DNA of 64,000 nt from Octopus sinensis (Eukaryota): contig NC_043003.1 of NCBI RefSeq assembly GCF_006345805.1, forward strand, positions 63,798,001 through 63,862,000, in the 5' to 3' direction. Each line of letters starts with the position of its first letter. The stretch's first letter is position 1. Shown one piece after another: positions 29,579 through 42,959 of the stretch. The position numbers and the translations under genes are program-made. The notes below the pieces were generated by a model that had not been told where the DNA came from, did no database searches, and worked only from the letters and a program-made list of their open reading frames with translations.

Positions 29579-29632
29579 AACCACTACTGACGATGCCTAC
29601 GAAAGCGGCGAAACTAGTCTAGTCTAGTGATT
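29579..29632 (+). ncRNA. Hammerhead ribozyme, type I
   Basis: AACCACTA-CTGACGA-T-GCC tacgaaagc GGC-GAAA-CTA gtc TAG-TC-TAGTGATT; all three stems close, GUC triplet. Confidence 0.7.
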
Positions 29633-30338
29633 CTAGAGACGGTCTTAAGACGGTTATCTCCCCTGTCAGTGTATATATATTTCGCTTTTCTTACAACGTT
29701 TGTATGTTGCATTCATCACGTAGCTTGAAATCAGTGTTTCTGTATATTTCTTCTTAATTAGTGTATAATGATTAGTAGAAATGCTTCTTAAATTATAAAT
29801 CCATACCTAGAATGGTTCTTAAGTGACATGAATAGATTCAGTTGGGTTTAGTGAACAATTCTGCGAAGAAATTCACGCTGGAGTAGAAAGTCTAATTAAT
29901 TCCTAATTGTCTAATTAAAACTTCTTAATTTGTTTTTCCATACCCGTTTTTTTTCTTAAGTTTTCATTTAAGTATCACTTGTGTCTAAGGAGTAATATTC
30001 AATGTGATTCATTACTGGAGCTTAAAGTCTAATGAAATTAGTTATTTACGCAAGTTGATTATCTCATAATTAATTAATCCATACTTAAGCATACATAAGA
30101 ATCACGTTTCATGGTATTAGGACCATTTGTACACATATTGTGCCCTGCTAGTATTTTGGAGCTTCAAGTCTAATCAAATCAGGACTAGCTCTCTTTTTAT
30201 TTACTTTCTCTTTCTTTTTTATTTACTTTCTCGTTCTTTGCTCACATGTGAATCTCCAGCTGCAATGTAAGTGATCCAGGATTGTACAAAACAGAATGTA
30301 GCGGTGCTGATCGAAAATGTTGACATCACCTCCTTATA

Positions 30339-30596
30339 TTGGGTTGGTGCATAATTATTGCGGGTTTTTTTGCAACAAATTCTATTCAACAAAAATAATA
30401 ACAACATGTAACAAAAACATCTTTAGATGATTATTCCGGAGCATATTCACCATCTACTTCAATTACTGCTTCCCATTTGCTTGGCAGACGGTCAGACCGT
30501 CAGTTAAAGAGGATTTTGTTAAATATTGTTATTGCTTTTGTTGAATAAAATTTGTTGGAAAAAAAAAGAAGCTGCAATAATTATGCACCAACCCAA
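30339..30596 (-). mobile_element. mariner internal-deletion derivative (MITE)
   Basis: TIRs ttgggttggtgcataattattgc / gcaataattatgcaccaacccaa, TA on both sides; minus strand encodes LPSKWEAVIEVDGEYAPE*, like a mariner transposase C-terminus. Confidence 0.92.
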
Positions 30597-31089
30597 TACA
30601 TACATATACACATACATACATACATACATACATACATACATACATACATACATACATACATACATACATACATGCATTCATACGTGTTTGCATACTTACA
30701 TACATTGATACACACATACATACACACACACACCACACGCACATCCCTTAAAAATTAACATTTCCCTTTATCTTACATACATTCTTTGTCTAAATGTCAA
30801 TATGATCGTGTTCCAATTATCTTCCTTAAATCATGGACGAGAGAAAAATGACGAATGCACAAAGTGTTTTGATATAATCATTAAGCTATCTGTTCTCTCT
30901 TTTGTTGCTGTTATTTTTTAGCCATAGGTCAGCCCCCATCGAGCAAACTTGTGATCAAAGACCTTCTGACAATGACCAGTACGTCTTTTTGTTTCCAGAC
31001 ATTGTGTCTCTAGGGTTATATTATCCAAAGTACCCTTCGTTTATAAAGCAAAATATGAGGAAATGTCGGTCTTGATGTTGTTGTTGTTG

Positions 31090-31460
31090 TTGTTAATGAT
31101 GCAGAATTGCCAACGCACCGGGCTGAGTTCAAATTCCGCCGAGGTCGACTTTGCCTTTCGCCCTTTCGAATTCGGTAACATATGTACTAGTTAAGTACTG
31201 GGATCGATAAAACAAGGTGTCAATAAAATAAGTACCAGTTGAACATTGGGGTCAATGTTACCCCCTCCCCCGATTTGAAACCGTTATTAATTATATTAAG
31301 AATGCTGTGAGTTGGCAGAATCATTAGAGCATCGGGAAAAATGCCTTGCGTCATTTGTTCTCTCTTTTCATTCTGCTTTCAAATCCTGCCGAAGTAACTT
31401 TATTCTTTATCCTTCCGGTCATCAATAAATTAAAGAACCAGGATTCGACTGAGTCGACTA
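31090..31460 (+). mobile_element. Two diverged SINE family B copies
   Basis: gagttcaaattccgccgaggtcgactttgcctt and a second gctgtgagttggcagaatc head. Confidence 0.75.
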
Positions 31461-31579
31461 TAAAAAAAAAACAATCCCCTCAATAAACGTTACTCCAACA
31501 TGACCGTAGTCTAGCCCGGTAACCGAAACCAGTGACAGTAAAATTGAATGAGTGCTGTCTCCTACTAAATAATCGCATA

Positions 31580-31789
31580 TAGTAATCTCTTACCATATCG
31601 CGGTTCACCTATCGCGGTTTATTATTTAAGCTTACGTTGATTCCACCGGGGTGTTGTTTTTGCATTTTTTTGATAAAATAAATATATACAAATTATGAAA
31701 ATAATAAAAATAAAATATACAGTACTTCGCAGATTTTCATTTATCGCGGGGTGTGGAACGTAATACCCTCGGTAGTCAAAGAATTACTG
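31580..31789. mobile_element. pogo/Tigger-like MITE
   Basis: (c/t)agtaatc ... aattactg termini with TA flanks; subterminal tatcgcgg repeats at both ends. Confidence 0.65.
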
Positions 31790-32379
31790 TATTAAGAACA
31801 AATAATTTTTCAGAGGGAACTGGTGCAGCCAAGGCAATCATTTTACCATTGAGAGTAGAAATATCTAATACATCAAGCACAGGAAAATTCCTCACCCAAA
31901 GACAAAATGACATATTCTAACTGCTGCCGCGGCTACTGCTAGTAATCTTTGTCATCTTTCCTCTCTGTTGGGCCTCTTTATAAAATGGAGTGGTAGTTGT
32001 TTAACCCCGGGGCAACCCTGATCAAAGAAATCTATGATCAAAGGCGTTTCAGTCGCAATTATCTCTGCTTTGTTTATTTTCTTCTTCAGGCATAGTGTAT
32101 CTAAGACAACATTATTTAATGTGCCTTTACCCCCAAGTTTTTTTTTCTCTAAATTAGCAGGGTTTGGTTCGAGGGAGATTTGTGGGGTATTATTTTTAGT
32201 AGATGGACCGAGGAAGCACAAAGAAGGTCCTTGCTCGTTGGGTCATGAGATGGAGAAATATGTGTTGCTCTGTGTTAATAGTCAAGGAATTCTCAATTTC
32301 TTTTACCTTCAGTACTGTTACAGTATAACAAACTAAAAAGAGTCTGTCTACCTGTCTGTCTGTCTGTCTGTCTGTCTGT

Positions 32380-32414
<35 letters not shown>

Positions 32415-33155
32415 CGGGGCCGACCTGCCCGAGATGCGGTCAGAGCGACGAAACCGTTCTGCACGCACTCGTTCAGTGTCCAACAATTTCCGACCTGTGG
32501 GCTTATGTCGAACAACTGCTGTCACGTGTGGGACGAGTCGGTTTATCAGCTGAGTCTATCGTCAATATTGTCACGCCTCCTTCCTTCAAACGGGAAGGAA
32601 GAGCTATTTTCATCATCCTTGTGGCTATGGCGAAAGAATGTATCTGGTGGACGCGTCTGAAAGGATTGGAGACAAACACTTTCCTCTCTGGTCAATCTCT
32701 CATCAACTTCTTCAAGTACCACTTGAAAAGGAAAGTGAGAGTAGAGAGGCAAGTTTTGTCTAGCGAATGTTTTAAAAAAAGATGGGTGAATGTAGCAAGA
32801 ATGGCACGTATGAATGACGAAGCCACCTTGAGCATAGTCCTATGAACCCAGAAATCGAAAACAGAGAGTTGCTTATTTGCAAAAAAAAAAAAAAAAAAAA
32901 AAGAAATATAAAATATGTGACTTCATTGACCGAGGTTACCGTGGTCTTTTCCGCAGGCTTTTCTTTCCACGGGTAAACCTCACCTGTCCTCCCCTTTACA
33001 CTTCATATTGACATTTCTGTGATAACGATCCCTATTGATCATTTTTTTTTCCTCTCCCCCCTTATTTATTTATTTATTTTTTTTTTTTTTTAACCCCCCA
33101 TATTTTTGTCCTCTTTCTCTCCTTTTACGATCCCTTTTGATCGAACCTCCCCCTT

Positions 33156-33192
<37 letters not shown>

Positions 33193-33262
33193 CCTTCAAA
33201 AGAAAAGCTCTACCTTGTAATTTGTTCTATCTGTGTGCAGCCCTGTGTGGCTAATAAAGAAA
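32415..33262 (+). mobile_element. Tx1/L1-clade LINE, 5'-truncated, with 3' UTR
   Basis: Uninterrupted frame 32417-32845 GPTCPRCGQSDETVLHALVQCP... (CCHC zf-RVT-type knuckle), pyrimidine-rich UTR, aataaa at the 3' end, (CTAT)n on both sides. Confidence 0.85.
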
Positions 33263-33264
33263 CA

Positions 33265-33334
33265 TATCTATCTATCTATCTATCTATATATCTATATATC
33301 TATCTATCTATCTATTTATCTATCTATCTGCCTG

Positions 33335-33379
<45 letters not shown>

Positions 33380-33380
33380 T

Positions 33381-33428
<48 letters not shown>

Positions 33429-33630
33429 GTATGCCTGTCTGCCTGTCTGTCTATCTATCTATCTATCTAGCTAGCTAGCTTTCTATCTATCTATCTGTCT
33501 ATCTAGCTGTCTATCTATCTGTTTATCTGTCTATCTATCTGTCTGTCTGTCTGCGTGCATGCGTGCTTGTCTGTCTGTCTATCTGCCTGCCTGCCTGTCT
33601 GTCTGTCTATCTATCTATTTATCTATCTAA
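33265..33630. repeat. (CTAT)n/(CTGT)n microsatellite
   Basis: Direct reading. Confidence 0.95.
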
Positions 33631-33816
33631 ATATCTCTGTTCATACATCGATATATCAATATATATATATAAATTTGCTAAAATTTTTGAGAACTTATTC
33701 TTCGTGGCATGGCGATTTGGCATCTTCTTCTAACATATTAGGAACCCCCCTTGGTGGCTATTCTTCATAAATATATATAAAGAAAAAGAATATATGTATA
33801 TATATATATATATATA

Positions 33817-34175
33817 TTCTTTTTATTCCTTTACTTGTTTCAGTCATTTGACTGCGGCCATTCTGGAGCACCACCTTTTGTCGAACTAACTGACCCCAGG
33901 ACTTATTCTTTGTAAGTTTGGTTGCGGGGACGTAAACACACCAGAAACGGTTGTCAAGCGATGTTGGTGGGGAGAGACAAACACAAACACACAAACACTC
34001 ACACACATACATACATATACATATATCCGACGGGCTTCTTTCAGTTTCCGTCTACTAAATCCACTCACAAGGATTTGGTCGGCCTGAGGCTATAGTAGAA
34101 GACACTTACCCAAGGTGCCACGCAGTGGGACTGAACCCGGAACCATTTGGTTGGGAATCAAGTTTCTTACCACAG
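33817..34175 (-). mobile_element. SINE family A
   Basis: Reverse complement of family A. Confidence 0.9.
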
Positions 34176-34519
34176 ATAGATAGATAGATAAATAGATAGA
34201 TAGGCAGATATACACACACATATGTTGTGTGTATGTGTGTATGTATATGCATGCACTTGTGTGTGTGCGTGTGTGTGTGTGTGTTTCCTCCCTCTACTTT
34301 ACAACCAGTGTTTGTTTACGACCAAGTAACTTAGCGGTCTGGCAAAAGAGACCAACAGAATAAGTACCAGACATACAACTAGATACCGATGGTCATCATC
34401 AGTTCGACTAAAACCCTCCAAAGCCGTAGACCACGGAGTGAAACAAGTAGATGATTTAACGATGAAAGATAACCAAAATTTGAAGAAATTTCAAAGACTT
34501 CATCGTACGACTGTTGTAA

Positions 34520-34930
34520 GTCGCAGGAGTGGCTGTGTGGTAAGTAGCTTGCTAACCAACCACATGGTTCCGGGTTCAGTCCCACTGCGTGGCATCTTGG
34601 GCAAGTGTCTTCTGCTATAGCCCCGGGCCGACCAAAGCCTTGTGAGTGGATTTGGTAGACGGAAACTGAAAGAAGCCCGTCGTATATATGTATATATATA
34701 TGTGTGTGTGTGTTTGTGTGTCTGTGTTGGTTCCCCTAGCATTGCTTGACAACCGATGCTGGTGTGTTTATGTCCCCGTTACTTAGCGGTTCGGCAAAAG
34801 AGACCGATAGGATAAGTACTGGGCTTACAAAAAGAATAAGTTCCGGGGTCGAGTTGCTCGATTAAAGGCGGTGCTCCAGCATGGCCGCAGTCAAATGACT
34901 GAAACAAGCAAAAGAGTAAAGAGAGAGTAA
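34520..34930 (+). mobile_element. SINE family A, full length
   Basis: cgcaggagtggctgtgtggtaag (A-box-like) ... ggttcagtccc (B-box-like) ... gggcaagtgtcttc ... aaagagtaaa tail. Confidence 0.95.
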
Positions 34931-35076
34931 GTGCATTGCACTTAATCTGCACTGTCTCTTTGTAATTCGCGCATCATGGGAACAAATGATAACGTTTCAA
35001 ACAACTCATTGAAACATAGTTACAAAATACATACATACATACATATAGACATACAGACGGATGTAGATATACAATC

Positions 35077-35485
35077 TCTTTTACTCTTTACTCTTTTACT
35101 CTTTTACTTGTTTCAGTCATTTGACTGCGGCCATGCTGGAGCACCGCCTTTAGTTAGCAAATCGACCCCGGGACTTATCCTTTTGTAAGCCCAGTACTTA
35201 TTCTATCGGTCTCTTTTGCCGAACCGCTAAGTAACGGGGACATAAACACACCCGCATCGGTTGTCAAGCAATGCTAGGGAGACAAACACAGACACACATA
35301 CATATGTATATATACATATATACGACAGGCTTCTATCAGTTTCCGTCTACCAAATCCACTCACAAGGCATTGGTCGGCCCGGGGCTATAGCAGAAGACAC
35401 TTTCCCAAGATGCCACGCATTGTTACTGAACCTGGAACCATGTGGTTGGTTAGCAAGCTACTTACCACACAGCCACTCCTGCGCC
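35077..35485 (-). mobile_element. SINE family A, full length, inverted relative to 34520-34930
   Basis: Ends agccactcctgcgcc; tail-to-tail with the preceding copy. Confidence 0.95.
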
Positions 35486-35582
35486 TATGTGTTTATTTTA
35501 CTAGTTTCAGTCTTGACTGCGGCTCTGCTGGGGCACGATCATAAGGAAATTTTGGCCGAATGAAAAAAACCCAGTACTTGCT

Positions 35583-35930
35583 TTTCAAAAAAGCCTGGTA
35601 CTTGTTCTGTCGGTCTCTTTTGCAGAGCCGCTAGTTTACGGGGACGTAGGCAAACCAGCACCGTTTGTCAAGTGGTAGCGGGGACATACACAGACACAAA
35701 GCTACACACACACACACATGTGTATAAATATATGTATATATATGTTTCTTTTCAAAAAAGCCTGGTACTTGTTCTGTCGGTCTCTTTTGCAGAGCCGCTA
35801 GTTTACGGGGACGTAGGCAAACCAGCACCGTTTGTCAAGTGGTAGCGGGGGACATACACAGACACAAAGCTACACACACACACACACCACACACACACAC
35901 ACATGTGTATAAATATATGTATATATATGT
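35583..35930 (-). repeat. Tandem duplication (~170 bp x2) of a diverged SINE A segment
   Basis: tttcaaaaaagcctggtacttgttctgtcgg...atatgtatatatatgtt occurs twice with private mutations shared. Confidence 0.9.
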
Positions 35931-36061
35931 TATTACCCACAAGACAGACAAAGGAATTAAGTCGATTATATCGACCCCAGTGCGTAACTGGTACTTAATT
36001 TATCGACCCAGAAAGGATGAAAGGCGAAGTCGACCTCGGCGGAATTTGAACTCAGAACTGA

Positions 36062-36128
<67 letters not shown>

Positions 36129-36173
36129 TTGAAAAATACCTTAAGAATGAGAACCCAGGTTCGAAATTTCCTG

Positions 36174-36221
36174 AAGACACCTGATGACGGCTGGAGGGTA
36201 CATCAGCCGAAACATTGTGTT
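36174..36221 (+). ncRNA. Minimal hammerhead motif in a PLE-type terminal repeat
   Basis: GACAC-CTGATGA-C-GGCTG gagggtacat CAGCC-GAAACAT-T-GTGTT; stem III palindrome mutated. Confidence 0.55.
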
Positions 36222-36307
36222 AACAACAAACAAGATGAGGACAATATACGTCAAATGTAAATAATGTACATAATTCCTCATCTCTTAAATATATTTGTTT
36301 GTGTGTG

Positions 36308-36394
<87 letters not shown>

Positions 36395-37676
36395 ATACAT
36401 ATATATTATAAGGGAGTTAAAGCCACTTTTCTTCGTTATTAAATGGATCAATGAGCGAGTTAAAAGTTGTAAGATGTAGTTGAAATTATCCTCTTACTAG
36501 CAACGGTAGTTTTATGCTACTCAGTTATCTATCTGGTTTGTAACAGCTAATTATTGTGTGTCGTATCATGGCCGCTTATATGTTCTTGACATCCATTACC
36601 AGTGCAGTTAAGCTAAATAATTAGCCATTACATGTAATACATCTTTAAATATAAACTATTTGCCGTTGGAGCGATGAGGAAATATGATAACAGCCCTGTC
36701 AGCTTAGTTTCGTCATGCTTTCGTGAAGTTGGCGTGTTTATCAAATAGCAGGGCTTATTCTACCTGAACGTGTTTCACACTTGAATTAAACCATGCCGTG
36801 AATGTAGCTTTGAGATATATATTTCCCTGTACGTTAGATATTACGAGACCGTTTCTAAACAAGCACTAAGAGAGCGAAAACATTTTGATCTGATGAAAGT
36901 GAGGCAAGTGTACGACTGACTTCTTAACGACTTCAGCATATAATCTTGAAAATGGGGAGATAATAAGTTTTAATGCTTTGTATGTGTATGTGTGTACAAC
37001 AGATACGGAGAGTGTGTACAGCAGAGAGAGGGAGAGAGAGAGAGAGAAGGGAAGAGATAGACTGGGGGTGGGGAAGCGGGTCAGTATAGATAGAGAGGAA
37101 TAGAACCCATTAGAAATAATAGACAAGGGCTGCTAAAATATTAATAATGAGAAAACTTCTAATTGCTGATAAGCGATTATATCTTAAAGTCTTTTCGTGT
37201 GAAGATCATTTCGTCGGTGGAAAGGGTCATAAGGATCTACACGAGGATACAAAGGATCAATGAATGTGTAAGGAACTATGATAATCTCATTTGTTAAGTC
37301 TTCAGATAAGAACAAATAAATAACTATAGCGTTTATATTAAGTAGCACTTGGTTTCTAGTTTAATGACCTTGCAAAATATACAGACTTCAAACTCCTCTT
37401 TAACATCATCAACAATCATAGTAACATTTATCACATGCCATTAGGAATATATATCAGTATATATATAATACAAAATGGGACAAGAACGCAAAACATCCAG
37501 ACAGTTAGGTGATACAAAAAAAGGGGAAAACAAAACATCCAGATAGACGATACAAAGAAAACAAGGACGGGTCATTCGGAGCTTTCTTTCTTCAGTCGAG
37601 TTCCAGATTATCTTTGAAATTTCGGCTGGTTATATTCGAGATTGCTCCAATCTGGCCAGACACACACTCATATATA

Positions 37677-37980
37677 TGGTTCTGGGTTCAGTCACCCTGT
37701 GTGCCACCTTGGGCAAGTGTCTTCTATTATATCCTATATTTGGTAGGTGGAACTGAAAGAAGCCTGTCGTTTATATATATATGTGTGTTTGGCCTCCCAC
37801 TATTGCCTGACAACCAATGCTGACGTGTTTACGTACCCGTAAGTTAGCGGTTCGGCAAAAGAGATCGATAAAATAAGTGATTGGCTTACAAATAATAAGT
37901 CCTTGGATCGATTTGTTCGACTAAAAGCCGTGCTCTAGCATGGCCGCAGTCAAGTGACTGAAATAAACAAAAAATAAAAG
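37677..37980 (+). mobile_element. SINE family A, diverged
   Basis: Body and tail match family A. Confidence 0.85.
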
Positions 37981-37983
37981 CAC

Positions 37984-38020
<37 letters not shown>

Positions 38021-38142
38021 AAAAAAGAGTGAGTGAGAGAGAAAGTCATGTTGTATAATAATCAAACGTTGAATATAATAATAACAAAACAAGAGGATGT
38101 GCACAAGGAATCTAATAGTTTGACGCTCGTTGAAAGGACAGT

Positions 38143-38178
38143 CATTAACGTTTCGGATATAGTTCTTCGTCAGAAAGG
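38143..38178 (-). ncRNA. Minimal hammerhead motif, degenerate stems
   Basis: CTTT-CTGACGA-A-GAA ctata TCC-GAAACGT-T-AATG; intact core, mismatches in stems I and II. Confidence 0.5.
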
Positions 38179-38239
38179 AAAGTGGAAAAGTCCTGAGAAG
38201 AAAAAATATTATATATATATATATATATAAAGAACGTAA

Positions 38240-38485
38240 AGACAGGCGAAATATTTATTTCTTTACTACCCACAAGGGGCTAAAAACAGAGAGGACAAAC
38301 AAGGACAGACAAACGGATTAAGTCGATTATATCAACCCCAGGGCGTAACTGGTACTTATTTTATCGACCCCGAAAAGATGAAAGGCAAAGTCGACCTCGA
38401 CGGAATTTGAACTCAGAACGTAACGGCAGACAAAATACCGCTGTTTCGCCTGGCGCGCTAACGTTTCTGCCAGCTCGCCACTTTG
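38240..38485 (-). mobile_element. SINE family B with start of a second unit
   Basis: Head at 38485, multimer junction near 38260. Confidence 0.9.
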
Positions 38486-39257
38486 TTTTATAAGAAATAT
38501 CAAGACTCTTCTACGTGGACTCCATTGATTGCACGTAATTAGTAAATACAACAAATTGTAAAGATTGTAAAGATAATTTATGCACGCACTTTTGATACTG
38601 ATAAGCTATAACTTGCTACTGAGTGAGAAAATCTGCCAAGATTCCTTACAAAGCAGACTAAACAAGTGAGCATTGCATGTATCTAATAGTATCAAAGTTC
38701 TTCAGCTATAGTCATGGTTATAATTACTTCACCCAAAGTCGGCTTGAAAACTAACACATGACTCTGTAAAGCTAAGCTAATTGAAAACGGGCTAGAATAT
38801 TATCACTGGCTGACGGTAATTACCCAAGGACAATATTCGTATGCAAACACAAATGTTGTGATAAAAGAATTATTCAATTAATTTAAATTAAAATTACTGT
38901 TGCAATGGTTTAAAACAAAGAGACGACAACTCCGAATTCTAAATTTACATTACAATTACATTTACATTACAATTACACATGCAATAATGAAATAAAAATA
39001 TCCACTTGAGATTAATTATTAATTTAGTATGATCATGGAGATGAAGGGTGGCAACTCCAGACATATTTCGCTCATACTGGCCCTCCTTAACGAAGTGTAA
39101 CTTTTCCCAATGTTTACCATATTTAATGCGAGAGAATGACTATTTAGATTTACAAGAAATGTACACGAGCTGGTAATTTAGTGTACCAAGACCGAAACTT
39201 TATCTCGCATGAGAATAATTGAATGCCGATTGTGATGTTATTGTTATACAAGTTATA

Positions 39258-39480
39258 TAAGGTGGTGAGCTGGTAGAATCGTTAGCACGCCGGACAAAAT
39301 GCTTAACGGCATTTCTCCCGGCTTTACGTTCTGAGTTCAAATGCCGCTAAGGTCGACTTTGTCCGCCATCCTCTCGGGATCGATGAAATAAAGTACCAGT
39401 CAAGTACTGGAGTCGATGTAACTGACTAGCCCACTCCCACAAAATTTCAGGCCTTGTGCCTATAGCACAAAGGATTTCTA
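39258..39480 (+). mobile_element. SINE family B monomer
   Basis: aaggtggtgagctggtagaatc...ggccttgtgcctatag tail. Confidence 0.85.
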
Positions 39481-39723
39481 TACAGGAGGGATAAAATCGA
39501 AGAATTCTGAATTATTTGGCCTACATAGCATTTATTAGGCGAAAATATCAAATCTGCAACGAACAAGAGAATCGTTGCATGCTCTCTTGACCTGCTAGAA
39601 ATTACACCCGAATCTCCCTCAAATTGTAACCTGGAAACATTGAATAATGCTATCTCAGAGATGGACCGGTATGTACCAACTGTATGTTAAGTTCCTCCCT
39701 GCGGATGGCATGTTGAATCTGTA

Positions 39724-39779
<56 letters not shown>

Positions 39780-39799
39780 GTGTGTGTGTGTGGTGTATG

Positions 39800-40230
39800 A
39801 AGCCTGGTACTTATTTTTTCGTCTATTTTTCAGAACTGCAAATTACGGGGAAGTAAACACACCAACACAGGTTGCCTAGTGATGGTTGGAGACAAGCACA
39901 TGCACATACACACACACACATACATGCACAAAGACACACAGAGACATACACATAAACACGCACACACACACGCACGCAAACACAGATACATACATACATA
40001 CATACATACATACATACATACATACATACATACATACATACATACGTGTGTGTGTGTGTATGTGTGTATTCACGACGGGCTTCTTTCAGTTTCCGTCTAC
40101 CAAATCCACTAACAAGGCTTTGGTCGCCCCGAGGATATAGTAAAGGACATTTGCCCAAGGTGCCACGCAGTGGGACTGAACCCAGGACCATGTGGTTAGG
40201 AAGCAAACCTCTTACTACATAGTCATGCCT
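39800..40230 (-). mobile_element. SINE family A
   Basis: Reverse complement of family A with expanded internal (TACA)n. Confidence 0.9.
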
Positions 40231-40684
40231 AAGAACTTCTTAATCAGACATTTAATATTGGGAGTTGAGAAGGAGAGAAAAAGGAGAATATGATTGATTT
40301 AGATTAACTTTGGTCTAAGCTGAACTCCAAGCAGCCATGACAAGCAACAGTTTACAGAAATTTAATTGTTGGCGACGAGGAAAATAATCGTTTTATTTCC
40401 GACATTGGTAAAACTCGTTATCAATTGAGAAGTTGATTTGTTTTACTGAGACTATTTATTTACCATTCTATTTTATTTTTAACACTTGGCGTCGTCTGTT
40501 TAACATCTATCAGTCCCACCTTTAAGCGGCTTGACGAGTGTTTTATAGGTAACACTGTGTTCATAAATTGTTAAAATGTCGGTAGTTTAAGGTTATTGAA
40601 GAATAATCATTCTTACGAACAATTTGAAACCAACAACTGAGCTAAAAGTGAATATAGAAGTGAAGTTACTCGTATGTGAGTGTA

Positions 40685-40805
<121 letters not shown>

Positions 40806-41589
40806 ATGTCGAGATGAGTAATGATTTCACGTGAGGAAACATATGTAATATAAACGTCCAGTAATGATCTGTTTGCCATCTATATAATATACAAAGGTAA
40901 AAAAAAATGTTGAAAGTCGATCCTGTTGAAACTATTATGCAGATATCAGGTTTAAACTTTATCACTATCGCATTCTGACTTGTACGTCAGCGCGTGTTTA
41001 ATGGTTTTTATCGAAAGCCTCGGTAGCGCGATACACCTATATATATATATATAGGTCAGTCCGCTACCACACAGCCTTATGCTGTCTATCATACAGCGTG
41101 TAGGTTTTACAAATTATTTAGAGCCCGACAAAAACAATTTATCATTTATATAGAAACGCACAACAGCATCCAGCCAGCTAAACGTACTCAGAACTTTTTC
41201 GACTTAACAACTATTGTTAAGTTAAATTCACAAACACCTTTATCGTTAATTCTGTTCGAAAATTACTGCGAATTTTGCAAAACACTATTTTCTGTCTACG
41301 AAATTTTTTACTAGTCTGCCAAGTTACAATGCTAAATAAACCCCCCTGCTGTTTGGATGATTCGAGAAACAATGGGAATATAGACACGAAATATTAATAA
41401 TAGAAAATAAAAGTAAGAAAATAAGTAGTTTGAAATCTTTTCACTGTATATACGTCGTCGTGTGGGATGGAAGTCAATATTGATTTTTACGCTTTTTGCC
41501 TGTTAAAACTTATCCTTTGAGACAAGAATACAGTCACTAGTTTCATTGCAAAAAATTTACAAAATATTTAATTAGATCTGACTTAATGC

Positions 41590-41810
41590 GGCAAGATGGC
41601 GATCTGAGAGAATCGTTAATACGCGAGACAAAGTTCTTGGCAGCATTTCATCAGCTTTTTCGCCTTGAGTTCAAATTCCACCGAGGTTGACTTTGCCTTT
41701 CATTCTTTCGAGGTCAATAAAACAAATACCATTTGAATACTGGGGTTGATGTAATTGACTTGCCCCACCCCCCGAAATTGCTGGCTTTGTGCAATACTTG
41801 AAAGCAATAC
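41590..41810 (+). mobile_element. SINE family B, diverged, between ~59-bp direct repeats
   Basis: Flanks 41510-41568 and 41839-41897 are similar. Confidence 0.75.
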
Positions 41811-41899
41811 TGATTTTGCGCTTTCAGGTTTTCAAAGCTTATCATTTGAGTCAAGAAAACAGTCACTAGTTTTATTGCAAAAATTTTACAAAATATTCT

Positions 41900-42478
41900 T
41901 TTCTACTCTAGGCACAAGGCCCGAAATTTGGGGGGAGGGGGAAGTCGATTAGACCGATCCCAGTACACAACTGGTACTTACTTTATCGACTTCGAAAGGA
42001 CGAAAGGCAAAGGCGATCTCGGTGGAATTTGAACTCAGAACATAAAGACAGACGAAATACCTATTTCTTTACTGCCCACAAGGGGCTACACACAGAGGGG
42101 ACAAACAAGGACAGACAAACGGATTAAGTCGATTATATCGACCCCAGTGCGTAACTGGTACTTATTTAATCGACACCGAAAGGATGAAAGGCAAAGTTGA
42201 CCTCGGCGGAATTTGAACTCAGAACGTAGCGGCAGACGAAATACCTATTTCTTTACTACCCAGAAGGGGCTAAACACAGAGAGGACAAACAAGGACAGAC
42301 AAACGGATTAAGCCGATTACTTCGACCCCAGTGCGTAACTGGTACTTAACTTATCGACCCCGAAAGGATGAAAGGCAAAGTCGACCTCGGCGGAATTTGA
42401 ACTCACAACGTAAAGGCAGGCGAAATACCGCTAAGCATTTTGCCTAGAGTGCTAACGATTCTGCCAGCTCGCCGCCTT
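41900..42478 (-). mobile_element. SINE family B trimer
   Basis: One head, three body units, 184-bp period between junctions at about 42057 and 42241. Confidence 0.93.
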
Positions 42479-42496
42479 AAAAAAAATTTACAAAAT

Positions 42497-42895
42497 GAGT
42501 GGCTGTGTGGTAAGAAGCTTGCTTACCAACCACATGGCTCCTGGTTCAGTTCCACTGCGTGGAACCATGGGCAAATGTCTTCTACAACTATAGCCTCGGG
42601 CGAACCAAAGCCTTGTGAGTGGATTTGGTAGACGGAAACTGAAAGAAGCCCGTCGTATATATGTATATGTGTGTGAGTGTTTGTGTGTCTTTGTTTGTGT
42701 CCCCCCCCCCCACATCGCTTGACAACCGATGCGGGTGTGTTTACGTCCTCGTAACTTAGCGGTTCGGCAAAAGAGACCGATAGAAAAAGTACTAGGCTTA
42801 CAAAGAATAAGTCCTGGGGTCGATTTGCTCGACTAAATGCGGTGCTCCAGCATGGCTGCAGTCAAATGTCTGAAACTGGTAAAAGAGTAAAAGAG
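42497..42895 (+). mobile_element. SINE family A, near full length
   Basis: Matches family A. Confidence 0.93.
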
Positions 42896-42959
42896 TTAGA
42901 TCTAACTTTATGCAGCAAGATAACGAAAAGTAAATGACGATAAAATAAAGTGCTAGTCA

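Noticed and set aside
34520-34600. SINE heads as tRNA genes
   Set aside because: A/B-box-like motifs are present, but there is no complete cloverleaf and each is fused to a SINE body
41900-42478. 184-bp periodic repeats as CRISPR or satellite
   Set aside because: They are SINE B multimer units with no spacers
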